Shown here: piece after piece, positions 34,091 through 42,686 of the stretch
Layout of the letters: each line of letters opens with the position of its first letter
Position numbering within the stretch: position 1 is the first letter of the stretch
Assembly: GCA_042217215.1 (NCBI GenBank)
Contig: JBDGTC010000090.1
Location: 1 to 42,686, forward strand
DNA: 42,686 nt
Origin: Halobacteriaceae archaeon
Lineage (GTDB): Archaea; Halobacteriota; Halobacteria; Halobacteriales; Halobacteriaceae
Direction of reading: 5' to 3'
Made by a program: the position numbers and the translations under genes
Notes under the pieces: model-generated
What the model was told of the DNA's origin: nothing
The model's input: the letters and a program-made list of their open reading frames with translations, nothing else
The model's database searches: none

Positions 34091-35907
34091 GGTTCCCCCG
34101 CCGCAGCGACGGAGTGCCACCCGAGCGCGGCGGGCGCACTGGGCCGGGGGACGCGCTCGACTGCACCGTCCGGGTGGACGACCACGTGCCCGGCGGCCAC
34201 GTCCCTGAACACGCGCGTCGTGCCGTCCGGCCAGACCACCCGGAGCCGGTCCACGACTTCGTCCTCGCCGAGGCCGACGTGCAGGACGCGGGACTCCTGG
34301 GAGAGGAAGTCGGCGCGCGCGTTCGCGACCCGCAACGTGGACTCGCCGTCGACGACGGTAGTGACGCGGGCCCCCAGCGTCGTCGCGTCGTCCTCGCCAC
34401 TCGCGACGGTCACCTGGAGACTGTTGCCCGGGGCGCCGCGGTTTTCGTAGAGGGCGTAGGCGTCGCCGTCGTCCGCGACCACGAGGTCGAGGTCGCCGTC
34501 GCGGTCGTAGTCGAGTTGCGCCACGCCGCGGCCGTTCATCCTGTCGAAGCCGGCCGCCGACGCTGCGACGGCGGTGAACCCGTCGCCGGTGCCCTCCCAG
34601 ACCGCGAGCGGCGTGTCTCGCCGGGTGAACCGGAGCTGTCCCCCGTTCGACGTGATCGAGGACTTCTCGTTGTTCGTGTGGACGAGGTCGCGGTCGCCAT
34701 CGTCGTCGAGGTCGGCGATGACCGCGGCCCAGCCCCACAGCGCCGGGGACTGCCGGACGCCGTACGCCGACGCCCGGTTCACGAAGGTGCCGTTGCCGCG
34801 GTTGAGCAGCAAGGTGTTCCCGCGGTGGCGAGGGCTGTCGTGGCGGGCCTTCCGGAGGAAGAGGCCGCCCGTGTCCCGCGCGACGTCGCCGCCGTCCATC
34901 GGGTCGCCGATGTTCGTCACGAACACGTCGAGGCGGCCGTCGCCGTTCACGTCCGCCACCTCCGAGGACATCCCGTTGCGGTCGGTCTCGTCGCCGAGTC
35001 GCGTGGGTCGGAAGGTTCCGTTCCGCTGGTTTACGTAGAGGTAGTCCTCGTTGTAGTCGTTCGCGACGTGGATGTCGGGCCAGCCGTCGCCCGTGAAGTC
35101 GACCATCGAGGCGGCGAGGCTCCACCGCTCGCCGGTGATTCCGGCCGTCGTCCCGTTCACCCGCTCGAACCCCTCGCAGGTCCCGCGGAGGAGGATGTTC
35201 GGCTCGCCGTTGTCGTCGGTGACGTTCCCGACGCTCGACGGGTCGTGGTACCCGACGGGCGTGCGGTCGGCCCAGTCGCCGTCCTGGTAGACGAAGGCGT
35301 CCGGGCAGCCGTCGCGGTTGTAGTCGCCCGCGGTCGCCCCGATGGGCCACCGCTGGAGCGACACGTTCTCGAGCACGTCGTCGACGCTGAAGGTCCCGCC
35401 GTCGTTGTGGAGCAGTATCGGGTGGGCGCTGCGCCGGTGGCCGGAGCCGGTCGTCGCGTTCGTCGCCGTGCCGCCTCCGCCCGTGCTGGTGTTCGGCGGC
35501 GTGTAGTCGCCCCGCGGCACACCCGGGTCGACGAGGACCAGGAGGTCGCGCCACCCGTCGGCGTCGTAGTCGACGAAGAGGACGCCGTGGATCCGCCGCG
35601 CGTCGAGCGGCGGCAGGTCGCCGGAGCGGACGAACCGGCCGCCACGGTTCTCGAACAGGACCGGCCGCCTCCCGCCGACGGCGAGCACGTCCTGCCACCC
35701 GTCGCGGTCGTAGTCCGCCACGTAGACGCCCGCGTTCGTGTTGCTGATGCCGCTGCCGACACCGGTGTACTCCAGTCCGACGTCGTCGGCCACGTCCGCG
35801 AAGGTCAGCCCGGCCGTCCCGCCTGCCGGCGCCATCAGCCCCATCGCGGCCGCCGCGCCGAGGAGTGCCACCGCGAGCCCGGCGACGACGAGGTATCCCT
35901 CGCGCAT
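34087..35907 (-). CDS. CRTAC1-like protein C (more divergent paralog)
   Basis: Start is MREGYLVVAGLAVALLGAAAAMGL (ATG 35907). It has the same FG-GAP/VCBS repeat series and an UnbV-like end (GARVTTVVDGESTLRVANARADFLSQESRVLHVGLGEDEVVDRLRVVWPDG). The 376-codon Arg-rich N-terminal extension of ORF 34087..37035 is rejected. Confidence 0.85.
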   Translation of the reverse strand: MREGYLVVAGLAVALLGAAAAMGLMAPAGGTAGLTFADVADDVGLEYTGVGSGISNTNAGVYVADYDRDGWQDVLAVGGRRPVLFENRGGRFVRSGDLPPLDARRIHGVLFVDYDADGWRDLLVLVDPGVPRGDYTPPNTSTGGGGTATNATTGSGHRRSAHPILLHNDGGTFSVDDVLENVSLQRWPIGATAGDYNRDGCPDAFVYQDGDWADRTPVGYHDPSSVGNVTDDNGEPNILLRGTCEGFERVNGTTAGITGERWSLAASMVDFTGDGWPDIHVANDYNEDYLYVNQRNGTFRPTRLGDETDRNGMSSEVADVNGDGRLDVFVTNIGDPMDGGDVARDTGGLFLRKARHDSPRHRGNTLLLNRGNGTFVNRASAYGVRQSPALWGWAAVIADLDDDGDRDLVHTNNEKSSITSNGGQLRFTRRDTPLAVWEGTGDGFTAVAASAAGFDRMNGRGVAQLDYDRDGDLDLVVADDGDAYALYENRGAPGNSLQVTVASGEDDATTLGARVTTVVDGESTLRVANARADFLSQESRVLHVGLGEDEVVDRLRVVWPDGTTRVFRDVAAGHVVVHPDGAVERVPRPSAPAALGWHSVAAAGEP

Positions 35908-36105
35908 GCCCGGTTCAGCGGCCGCCCGTCCGTGAGTCCTGGACCGCGGTATCGGGGGCTTTGTTAACGGCCGGGCACGCCCCGTCGCGGGCGGGCCCGG
36001 GTCCGGACTGGGCCGGCGGCCACGGGGCGAGGGCGCGCCGGTCGGCATCAAGCCCCCGCATATCCGGTCCCGGCGGTCATGGCGGGTCGGAGGTGACCCC
36101 TGGGC

Positions 36106-37065
36106 ATGCCGGTCGTCGAGGCAAACGGGGTGACGAAGCGCTACGGCGAGGCGGTCGCACTCGGCGGCCTCGACCTCGCCGTCGACGCGGGCGAGATCCA
36201 CGGGCTCGTCGGACCGAACGGCTCCGGGAAGACCACCGCCCTGCACGCGGTGCTCGGGTACGCTCGTCCCACGGCCGGGACGGTCCGCGTCTTCGGCGAC
36301 CCGCCCGGCGCGCACGCGGAGCGGGTCGGCGTGGTGCCCGAGGGCTACGGGGTGTGGGAGCGGTTCACGGGAGCCGAGCACGTGGCCTTCGCGGCGGCAG
36401 CGGCGGGGCCCGGCGGGGACGCATCCCCCGACGGCGGAAGTGCCGGCGAGCCCGGCGTCGACGCCGCGACGACGGACCCCGCCGCGTTCCTCGAGCGCGT
36501 CGGGCTCCGCGGCGCCGCCGACCGCCGGGCTGGCGGCTACTCCGCCGGCATGGTGAAGCGCCTGATCCTCGCGATGGCGCTCGCCGGTGACCCCGACCTG
36601 CTGGTCCTCGACGAGCCGTTCGCCGGCGTGGACCCGCTCGCCGCCCTCGCGGTGCGGCGGGTGCTCCGCGCGGAGCGCTCGCGCGGGACGACGGTGCTGT
36701 TCTCGACCCACGACTTCGGCCACGCCGAGGCGGTGTGTGACCGCGTGGGGCTCCTCCGCGACGGTCGCCTCGTCGCCGAGCGGTCGGGCCACACGGGGGG
36801 ACCCACGGCTCGCCTCGGGCTCGCGGTGCGCGGTGACGTCGACGCGGCGCGGGCGGCCGCGGCCGGGGTGCGCGGGGTCGAGTCGGTCCGCGTCGCAGAT
36901 CGGACGGACGGGCGACTCGTCGCGAGGTGCGTCCCCTCGGCGGAGCTGTCGGTGCTCGTGGCCATCGCGGACCACCCCGACGTCGCGTCGGCGAGCCTCG
37001 ACGACCCATCGCTGGAGGCAGCGTTCGTCGAACACGTCCGCGGGGAGGCGGGGTCGCCGACGTGA
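36106..37065 (+). CDS. ABC-2-type transporter ATP-binding protein
   Basis: Walker A GPNGSGKTT, a degenerate signature YSAGMVKRL and Walker B LLVLDEPFAGVD are present. A low-complexity insertion (AAAAAGPGGDASPDGGSAGEPG) sits before the signature. Confidence 0.85.
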   Translation: MPVVEANGVTKRYGEAVALGGLDLAVDAGEIHGLVGPNGSGKTTALHAVLGYARPTAGTVRVFGDPPGAHAERVGVVPEGYGVWERFTGAEHVAFAAAAAGPGGDASPDGGSAGEPGVDAATTDPAAFLERVGLRGAADRRAGGYSAGMVKRLILAMALAGDPDLLVLDEPFAGVDPLAALAVRRVLRAERSRGTTVLFSTHDFGHAEAVCDRVGLLRDGRLVAERSGHTGGPTARLGLAVRGDVDAARAAAAGVRGVESVRVADRTDGRLVARCVPSAELSVLVAIADHPDVASASLDDPSLEAAFVEHVRGEAGSPT

Positions 37066-37877
37066 GCTGGCGCCTCGTCGCCCGTCACGACGCCCGCGAC
37101 CTCGCCCGCTCGCGGCTGGGGTGGCTCCTCCCCGCCCTGACGGTGGCGGGACTCGGCGGCGTCGTCGTGGCGTACCCGGTCGTGGCGGCGCGTCCGGCCG
37201 CCGACACCTCGCTCGTGTATCTGGCGACGCTCGCCCGGTGGCTCGTCCCGGCCGCCGCGCTCGTGACCGGGTACGGCGCGGTGGTGCGACACCGCGAGGC
37301 CGGACGGCTCGCCCTCCTCCTGGGGCTCTCGCTCGACCGGCGGGCCGTGGCCGCGGGCGCCCTGGTCTCGCGGACCGGCGCGGTGGCGGCCGCGACTGCC
37401 GCGGGCCTCGCCGTCGCCGGTCTCGCCACCGCGGTCCGGTACGCGGCGTGGTCTCCGCGGCAGTTCCTGGCCGTCGGGGCGCTCACCGTGCTCCTCGGGG
37501 TCGCCGTCGGCGCGCTGGCGGTCGGCGTGTCGCTGGCGAGTGGCTCCGCCGCCCGGGCCGTCACGGTGCTGGTCGGCGCGTTCGTCTGCTTCCTGTTCGC
37601 GTGGGACCTCCTCCCGGCGGGGCTGTACTTCGTGGCGTTCGGGTCGTTCCCGGGGAACGACGTCCCGCCGGACTGGTACCTCCTCCTCTCGCGGCTCAAC
37701 CCCGCGAACGCGTACACCGCCGCCGTCACCGCGGCGCTCCCGACCCTGAAGACCGGCCTCGGCGCGGCCCGGCCCGCGTACCTCACCGGGTGGTTCGCCG
37801 TGGCCGTCCTCGTCGGCTGGTCGGTGCTCGCGCCGCTCGCCGGGTACGTGCGCTTCGCGCGCGCCGAACTCGGCTGA
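37062..37877 (+). CDS. ABC-2 family permease (NosY-like)
   Basis: The GTG start overlaps the ATPase TGA (GTGA at 37062-37065). About 6 TM helices. A ..LLSRLNPANAY.. segment is typical of ABC-2 permeases of the type annotated as multi-copper enzyme maturation components. Confidence 0.7.
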   Translation: MSWRLVARHDARDLARSRLGWLLPALTVAGLGGVVVAYPVVAARPAADTSLVYLATLARWLVPAAALVTGYGAVVRHREAGRLALLLGLSLDRRAVAAGALVSRTGAVAAATAAGLAVAGLATAVRYAAWSPRQFLAVGALTVLLGVAVGALAVGVSLASGSAARAVTVLVGAFVCFLFAWDLLPAGLYFVAFGSFPGNDVPPDWYLLLSRLNPANAYTAAVTAALPTLKTGLGAARPAYLTGWFAVAVLVGWSVLAPLAGYVRFARAELG

Positions 37878-38033
37878 GCCACCGGCCGACCCCGCCGGCG
37901 AGGGCCACCCGTCCGAGGCGACCGCGAGCCGACCGTGCCCCCTGGAACCAACCCCCAGACCTCGCCGCCGTCTTGCGATCGGCCGACCGGCGATACCGTC
38001 AGGCCTATTAGTGTGCATACCCGTCTCAGAGCC

Positions 38034-38999
38034 ATGGGAACCGCCGAACTGACGATCGAGGATGCGAGTGCGCGGTGTGACGACATTCTGGAGGAGATCG
38101 AGGCAGCGGTCATCGGCGACCGCGAGTTCTTCGAGACCGTCCTGATGGGTGTCCTGGGCCGCGGTCACGTCCTCCTCGAGGACGTGCCGGGCACGGGGAA
38201 GACGCTGACGGCGCGGAGTTTCGCCAACGCGCTGGGGCTGTCCTTCTCCCGCATCCAGTTCACGCCGGACCTGCTGCCGGCCGACGTGACGGGGACGCAC
38301 ATCTTCAACGAGAAGGAGCGCGAGTTCGAGTTCAACAAGGGCCCCATCTTCTCGAACATCGTGCTGGCCGACGAGATCAACCGCGCGCCGCCGAAGACGC
38401 AGGCGGCGATGCTCGAGGCCATGGGCGAGAAGCAGGTCACCGTCGAGAACGAGACCCGCCAGCTCCCGGAGCCGTTCTTCGTCATCGCGACGCAGAACCC
38501 GGTCGAGCAGGAGGGGACCTTCCCGCTCCCCGAGGCACAGGTCGACCGCTTCCTCGCCAAGAGCTCCCTGGGCTACCCCGACGCCGAGGGCGAGAAACTG
38601 CTCCTCGAGCGCCGCGCCGGCCGCAAGGAGCAGGCCCCCACCGCGGGCCGCGTCCTCGAGGAGGGCGAGGTCCTCGGGCTGCAGGACGTCCCGGAGACCG
38701 TCGAGGTTCACGAGGACGTGCTCTCCTACCTCGTCGACCTCTCGCAGGCCTCCCGCGAGGACCACCGCGTCCGCGTCGGCATCTCCCCGCGCGGGACCCA
38801 GCGCCTCTTCGAGGCGTCCCGCGCCCGCGCCGTCATCGAGGGTCGCGAGTACGTGACCCCCGACGACGTGAAGGACATCGCGCGCCCGGTGATGGCCCAC
38901 CGCCTCGTCCTCACCGCCGAGGCCCAGGTCAACGACGTCGCGAAGGACGAGGTCGTCGGCGACCTCCTCGACCAGGTCCCGGTCCCGACCGTCGAGTAA
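38034..38999 (+). CDS. MoxR-family AAA+ ATPase
   Basis: Motifs include HVLLEDVPGTGKT (Walker A), RIQFTPDLLPADVTG, VLADEINRAPPKTQAAMLEAM (Walker B region), FFVIATQNPVEQEGTFPLPEAQVDRF and ISPRG. 321 aa from ATG 38034. Confidence 0.9.
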   Translation: MGTAELTIEDASARCDDILEEIEAAVIGDREFFETVLMGVLGRGHVLLEDVPGTGKTLTARSFANALGLSFSRIQFTPDLLPADVTGTHIFNEKEREFEFNKGPIFSNIVLADEINRAPPKTQAAMLEAMGEKQVTVENETRQLPEPFFVIATQNPVEQEGTFPLPEAQVDRFLAKSSLGYPDAEGEKLLLERRAGRKEQAPTAGRVLEEGEVLGLQDVPETVEVHEDVLSYLVDLSQASREDHRVRVGISPRGTQRLFEASRARAVIEGREYVTPDDVKDIARPVMAHRLVLTAEAQVNDVAKDEVVGDLLDQVPVPTVE

Positions 39000-39109
39000 C
39001 GCGCGCCGCCTCCATCCTCGCTTCTCTTCTCGCCCCGTAGCCGTCGCTCCGTTCGGTCCGGCGGCCCGTGCGAAGGGGCTATACGTCTCTGCACCGTCGG
39101 GACGGGCAC

Positions 39110-40849
39110 ATGCGACGCGAGGCCGTCGTGCTCGCAGCCGTCCTCCTGGTCGGGTACTCGCTGTACGGCGGGCTGTTCCTGGCCGCCGGCGCCGCACAGA
39201 GCGCACTCGCCCCGTCGACGTCCTATCCCACCGACCCGATGCTCGCGGCGGAGAACCGGTCGGTCGGGCGCGCCGGCACGTTCGACTTCGCGCCCGCCGA
39301 GGCCGGGTTCGACTACGAGTACGAGGTGTCGGCGACGGGCGGGATGATGCGGACGACCAACGCGGGCGTCTACACCGCCGACTACGACGGCGACGGGTGG
39401 CAGGACCTCCTCGCCGTCGGCGGCGAGCACCCGGTACTGTTCCGGAACACCGGCGGGTCGTTCGTGCGGTCCGGCGCGCTCCCGCCGATCGCCGGCGAGG
39501 TGCGCTCCGCGCTCTTCCTCGACCACGACGGGGACGGCGACCAGGACCTCCTGTTCCTGGCGGACGGCCGGGCGCCCCAGTTGCTCGAGAACGTCGGTGG
39601 CGCCTTCGAACACGCCGATGCCTTCGAGGACTCGCTCCCGCTCGCGTGGGGCGCGACCACGGCCGACTACGACCGGGACGGCTGTCTCGACCTCTTCGTC
39701 TACCAGTACGGCAACTGGACGAAGCGCCTGCCCGAGGGGTACGGGTCGGGCAACTACTCGGTCCCGGTGAACGAGGACAACGGGAACCCCGACCACCTCT
39801 ACCGCGGGACGTGTGGCGACTTCGAGCACGTGAACGCGACCGCGGCGGGCATCCGGGGCGCGCGGTGGACGCTCGCGGCGTCGTTCGTCGACCTCACGGG
39901 CGACGGCCTGCCGGACATCCACCAGGCCAACGACATCAACTACGACGTCCTGTACGTCAATCAGGGCGACGGCACCTTCCGGCAGGTGTTGCTCCCCGAG
40001 CGCACGAACCGGAACGGGATGTCCTCCGAGGTCGCCGACGTCACCCGCGACGGCCGGCTCGACGTGTTCGTCACGAACATCTTCTACCCGAAGTGGGCCA
40101 TGCGCCAGATCAACGCCGGGCTCCTGCTGAAGGCCCGCGGGAACAACCTCATCGCCAACCACGGTAACGGCACGTTCGTGATGCGCGGCGACCAGTACGG
40201 TATCAACGTCGGCGGGTGGGGGTGGGCCGCGGTGATCGCCGACCTCGACAACGACGGCGACCAGGACCTCTTCCACACCACCCGGAACATGTCCTTCGAG
40301 CGCCGCGACGTCTACTTCACCGACGCGGAGAAGCGACGGCTCAACAGCCACGAGTTCTACCACTACCCGGTCCTGTACGCGCGCGCCGGGCAGACGTTCA
40401 CGGGGGTCAGCGCGCAGGCCTCGGGCTTCCCCCAGCTGAACAGCCGCGGCGTGGCGCGACTCGACTTCGACCGCGACGGCCGGCTCGATCTGGCCGTCGC
40501 CACCACCGGGGAGTACCGGCTCTTCGAGAACCGGATGGACCGCGGGCGGGCGGTCCAGGTGCGGGTCCTCGGCCCCGGCGGCTCGCCCGCCGGCGCGCTC
40601 GGGGCCACCGTAACCGTCGCGGCCCCCACGCTCCCGAACGGCAGCGTCGAGCGGCGCGTCCACGCGCGCACCGACTTCCTCTCCCAGGACTCGCGGCTGG
40701 TCCACGTCGGCGTCGGGAACGCCTCCACCGTCGACGTCACTGTCCGCTGGCCCGACGGCACGGAGCGGACGTTTCGGGACGTCGCCGTCGGCGGGCGCGT
40801 CGTCGTCTCGCCCGACGGCGTCGAGACCCGCTACGATTTCGGCGACTGA
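39110..40849 (+). CDS. CRTAC1-like protein D (close paralog of A)
   Basis: MRREAVVLAAVLLVGYSLYGG.. anchor. The repeat series is collinear with A, including long identical peptide runs (RWTLAASFVDLTGDGLPD, GDGTFRQV, LPERTNRNGMSSEVADVT). UnbV-like end is RVHARTDFLSQDSRLVHVGVGNASTVDVTVRWPDG. Confidence 0.85.
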   Translation: MRREAVVLAAVLLVGYSLYGGLFLAAGAAQSALAPSTSYPTDPMLAAENRSVGRAGTFDFAPAEAGFDYEYEVSATGGMMRTTNAGVYTADYDGDGWQDLLAVGGEHPVLFRNTGGSFVRSGALPPIAGEVRSALFLDHDGDGDQDLLFLADGRAPQLLENVGGAFEHADAFEDSLPLAWGATTADYDRDGCLDLFVYQYGNWTKRLPEGYGSGNYSVPVNEDNGNPDHLYRGTCGDFEHVNATAAGIRGARWTLAASFVDLTGDGLPDIHQANDINYDVLYVNQGDGTFRQVLLPERTNRNGMSSEVADVTRDGRLDVFVTNIFYPKWAMRQINAGLLLKARGNNLIANHGNGTFVMRGDQYGINVGGWGWAAVIADLDNDGDQDLFHTTRNMSFERRDVYFTDAEKRRLNSHEFYHYPVLYARAGQTFTGVSAQASGFPQLNSRGVARLDFDRDGRLDLAVATTGEYRLFENRMDRGRAVQVRVLGPGGSPAGALGATVTVAAPTLPNGSVERRVHARTDFLSQDSRLVHVGVGNASTVDVTVRWPDGTERTFRDVAVGGRVVVSPDGVETRYDFGD

Positions 40850-41115
40850 AGCGGGCGACCCCCGACCGGACCGACCGCCGCGGCACCGACTTATAGGCCT
40901 TCGGGCCGGGGCCGTCACGCCGGGTGCGTCCCCGACGCGACGCCGCGGTCGTGCCCCGCGACGTATCCGGGAGCTGGTCAGTGCTTCTCCCGCAGAAGTA
41001 CCGGGTAGGAGGCTTCTGTCGCAGATTTCACCGTCCTTCACGGGAGACGTGAAATAACCGAGAGCGGTCGAGTGTCCCGGCCGGTCGCCGCCCGCCGCCG
41101 GCCCCGGAGGGACAG

Positions 41116-41124
41116 TTTTATTAA
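41116..41124 (+). promoter_or_regulatory. Putative TATA box (TTTTATTAA)
   Basis: An AT-rich box centred about 27 nt upstream of ATG 41147, consistent with a leaderless mRNA. Confidence 0.35.
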
Positions 41125-41146
41125 CGACCATGGAGGTTACAGGAGT

Positions 41147-42550
41147 ATGCCCCAGCGGATTCCGCGGCGAACGGTGCTCGGCATGGGTGCTGCCGGTCTG
41201 GCCGGCCTCGCTGGCTGTAGCGGCGACGGCGGCGACAGCGGCCCCAACAACAGCACGGAACAGGGGACGCCGACCCTCACCGAGTCCCCGAAGGGCTTCC
41301 AGATCAACGTCGGCATGATCCGCCCCACCCAGGGCAACCTGTCCGCCCTCGGTGACGCCATGAAGAAGACGCGGGACTTCACCGTCGAGCACATCGACGC
41401 CATCCCGACGTCCCACACGCTCAACATGCCGGTGAAGGACACGGACGGCACCCCCGAGGACGCGGTGCGTGCGGCCCAGGAACTCGTCGACGAGGGCTTC
41501 CCCGCCATCGTCGGGCCGGCCTCCGACGAGGCCACGAAAGCCGTCATCGACGTCCTCACCGAGAACAAGGTGATGGGCATCTCGCCGTTCTGTGCCTCCG
41601 TCGACGTCCTCAACATGGACGACCACGTCAAACACAAGAACTTCGACGAGCCGACCCAGATGCTCTACTCCATCGCCCCGACCACCGACGGCCTCGGGAC
41701 GGGGTTCGCCCAGCCGCTCGCCCTGGCGCGGGTCGGCGACGCCGCCATCCTCTACGAGGACAACCTCTACGGGAACGGCGTCGTGAGTGGCCTCAAGACG
41801 GCCTTCGAGCCCAGACAGCTCTCGCTCACCGGCGAGCACGCGCTCCCCCTCTCGGCGGACTCCTACACGTCACAGATCGAGGCCGCGGTCGGGAACGACC
41901 CCGGCGTCCTCGTGCTCGCGGCGAGCCCGGGCGTCGGCAAGCAGGTCCTCTCGGAGTACTACGCGGACTTCGGTGACACCCCCGTCGCCATGGTCGACCG
42001 GCTCCACATGCGGTCGATGCCGGACCAGGTCTCCTCGGACGTCGCCGGCGACATCGCCGTCGCCCCGACGACCGTCTGGATGGAGGAGGGGAGAGGCACC
42101 CCGACCGCCTCGGAGGGCGGCCCCTCGATGCGCGCGCCGTTCCCGCAGGCCTGGAAGTACTTCTTCGACGGCGAGAAGCCCACGCTCCACTCCGCGTACG
42201 TCAACGAGGCCATCATGGTCCCGTTCCTCTGTGCGGTCTCGGCCGGGGAGGACTACCAGACCGGCGTCTACCTCAGCCGCGCCATTCGGGACGTCATCAA
42301 CCCCCAGGATGACGCGCCGGTCCTCCCGGCCGGCGTCCACTTCGACACGTTCTTCCAGCGGGACTTCAAGAACAACCCGTTCCTCCTGAAGATTCAGGGT
42401 TCCATCAACAACTGGAACGGCGTGACCGGGAACACCGACTTCGCGATGTCCACGGGGACGATGGCCGCACGCACCACGCCGTGGGAGTTCGCCCCCGACG
42501 CGCCCTACGGCTTCCGCCGCTTCGACGCCTTCAAGGGCTTCGATTCATGA
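41147..42550 (+). CDS. Tat-lipoprotein substrate-binding protein, LivJ-like (branched-chain amino acid / Peripla_BP_6 type)
   Basis: MPQRIPRRTVLGMGAAGLAGLAGC signal. It is followed by ..INVGMIRPTQGNLSALGDAM..DTDGTPEDAVRAAQELVDEGFPAIVGPASDEATKAV.., typical of type I binding proteins. Confidence 0.75.
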   Translation: MPQRIPRRTVLGMGAAGLAGLAGCSGDGGDSGPNNSTEQGTPTLTESPKGFQINVGMIRPTQGNLSALGDAMKKTRDFTVEHIDAIPTSHTLNMPVKDTDGTPEDAVRAAQELVDEGFPAIVGPASDEATKAVIDVLTENKVMGISPFCASVDVLNMDDHVKHKNFDEPTQMLYSIAPTTDGLGTGFAQPLALARVGDAAILYEDNLYGNGVVSGLKTAFEPRQLSLTGEHALPLSADSYTSQIEAAVGNDPGVLVLAASPGVGKQVLSEYYADFGDTPVAMVDRLHMRSMPDQVSSDVAGDIAVAPTTVWMEEGRGTPTASEGGPSMRAPFPQAWKYFFDGEKPTLHSAYVNEAIMVPFLCAVSAGEDYQTGVYLSRAIRDVINPQDDAPVLPAGVHFDTFFQRDFKNNPFLLKIQGSINNWNGVTGNTDFAMSTGTMAARTTPWEFAPDAPYGFRRFDAFKGFDS

Positions 42551-42632
42551 CCGGGCCGAGACCGGCTGACGGCCGCGCGGCGGCCGGTACCGAAAGAGAA
42601 GAACTAAATTCGGTCATCCCTGTCACAGTCCC

Positions 42633-42686
42633 ATGGCATTGAGTCGCGACAGCGTGGGTGCCCTGACCATCGCGTTGCTGGCGGTG
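42633..42686 (+). CDS. Start of a further gene, truncated by the window end (possibly the cognate permease)
   Basis: ATG followed by MALSRDSVGALTIALLAV (hydrophobic). Only 18 codons are visible. Confidence 0.3.
   Translation, partial: MALSRDSVGALTIALLAV

Noticed and set aside
33131-35967. Plus-strand ORFs 33131..34450 (439 aa) and 33670..35967 (765 aa)
   Set aside because: They are antisense or off-frame shadows of the duplicated-domain Tat protein and CRTAC1-like protein C. No motifs are seen and the composition is Arg/Val/Gly-rich.
36537-41839. Very long minus-strand ORFs 36537..39206 (889 aa) and 38726..41839 (1037 aa)
   Set aside because: They are antisense to the ABC-2, MoxR, CRTAC1-like D and LivJ-like genes. 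All of those have strong family motifs and GC3 bias in the plus frames. The translations are low-complexity and Arg/Gly/Asp-rich.

Overview
This is a high-G+C, haloarchaeon-type segment. Supporting signs are acidic proteins, many twin-arginine (Tat) lipoprotein signals, archaeal class III (pilin-like) signal peptides, an HTH_10 regulator, a HalX-like domain, ISH-type IS remnants and apparently leaderless genes about 26 nt downstream of TATA boxes. All calls come from reading the sequence and ORF translations and from remembered family motifs; no searches were run.

Layout:
- 1-190: a tRNA-T-arm-like direct repeat.
- 185-1569: a pilin-like gene, a small membrane protein and a 5'-truncated gene remnant.
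- About 1567-8415: a visibly lower-G+C mosaic. It holds a Tat-secreted chymotrypsin-fold serine protease, a decayed paralog of it, and dead IS6-family and IS5-family-like elements. These flank a native-looking high-GC DUF2298 membrane gene.
- 8749-9768: a pilin-signal + FG-GAP repeat fusion protein.
- 10182-12124: a pseudo-receiver/HalX - MinD - frameshifted gene operon.
- 12267-16383: a cupin gene and an aa3-type cytochrome oxidase operon (coxB, fused coxA+III, subunit IV-like).
- 16396-19594: small zinc-ribbon and membrane genes.
- 19753-25185: an SDR, a repeat-domain protein, an HTH_10 regulator and two paralogous Tat lipoproteins.
- 25254-29743: a CoxG-like protein, a PhtD-like protein and a NitT/TauT-type ABC importer.
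- 29803-31113: an ATP-grasp gene interrupted by an in-frame TAG.
- 31214-40849: three CRTAC1-like (FG-GAP/VCBS + ASPIC/UnbV) paralogs interleaved with an internally duplicated His-motif Tat protein, an ABC-2 ATPase/permease pair and a MoxR AAA+ ATPase with no vWA partner in the window.
- 41147 to the window end: a LivJ-like binding protein and the start of another gene.

The 31214-40849 locus is the best candidate for an undescribed system. No CRISPR array, no rRNA gene and no complete tRNA gene was seen. Many long Arg/Pro/Gly-rich ORFs in the track are off-frame or antisense shadows of real genes.
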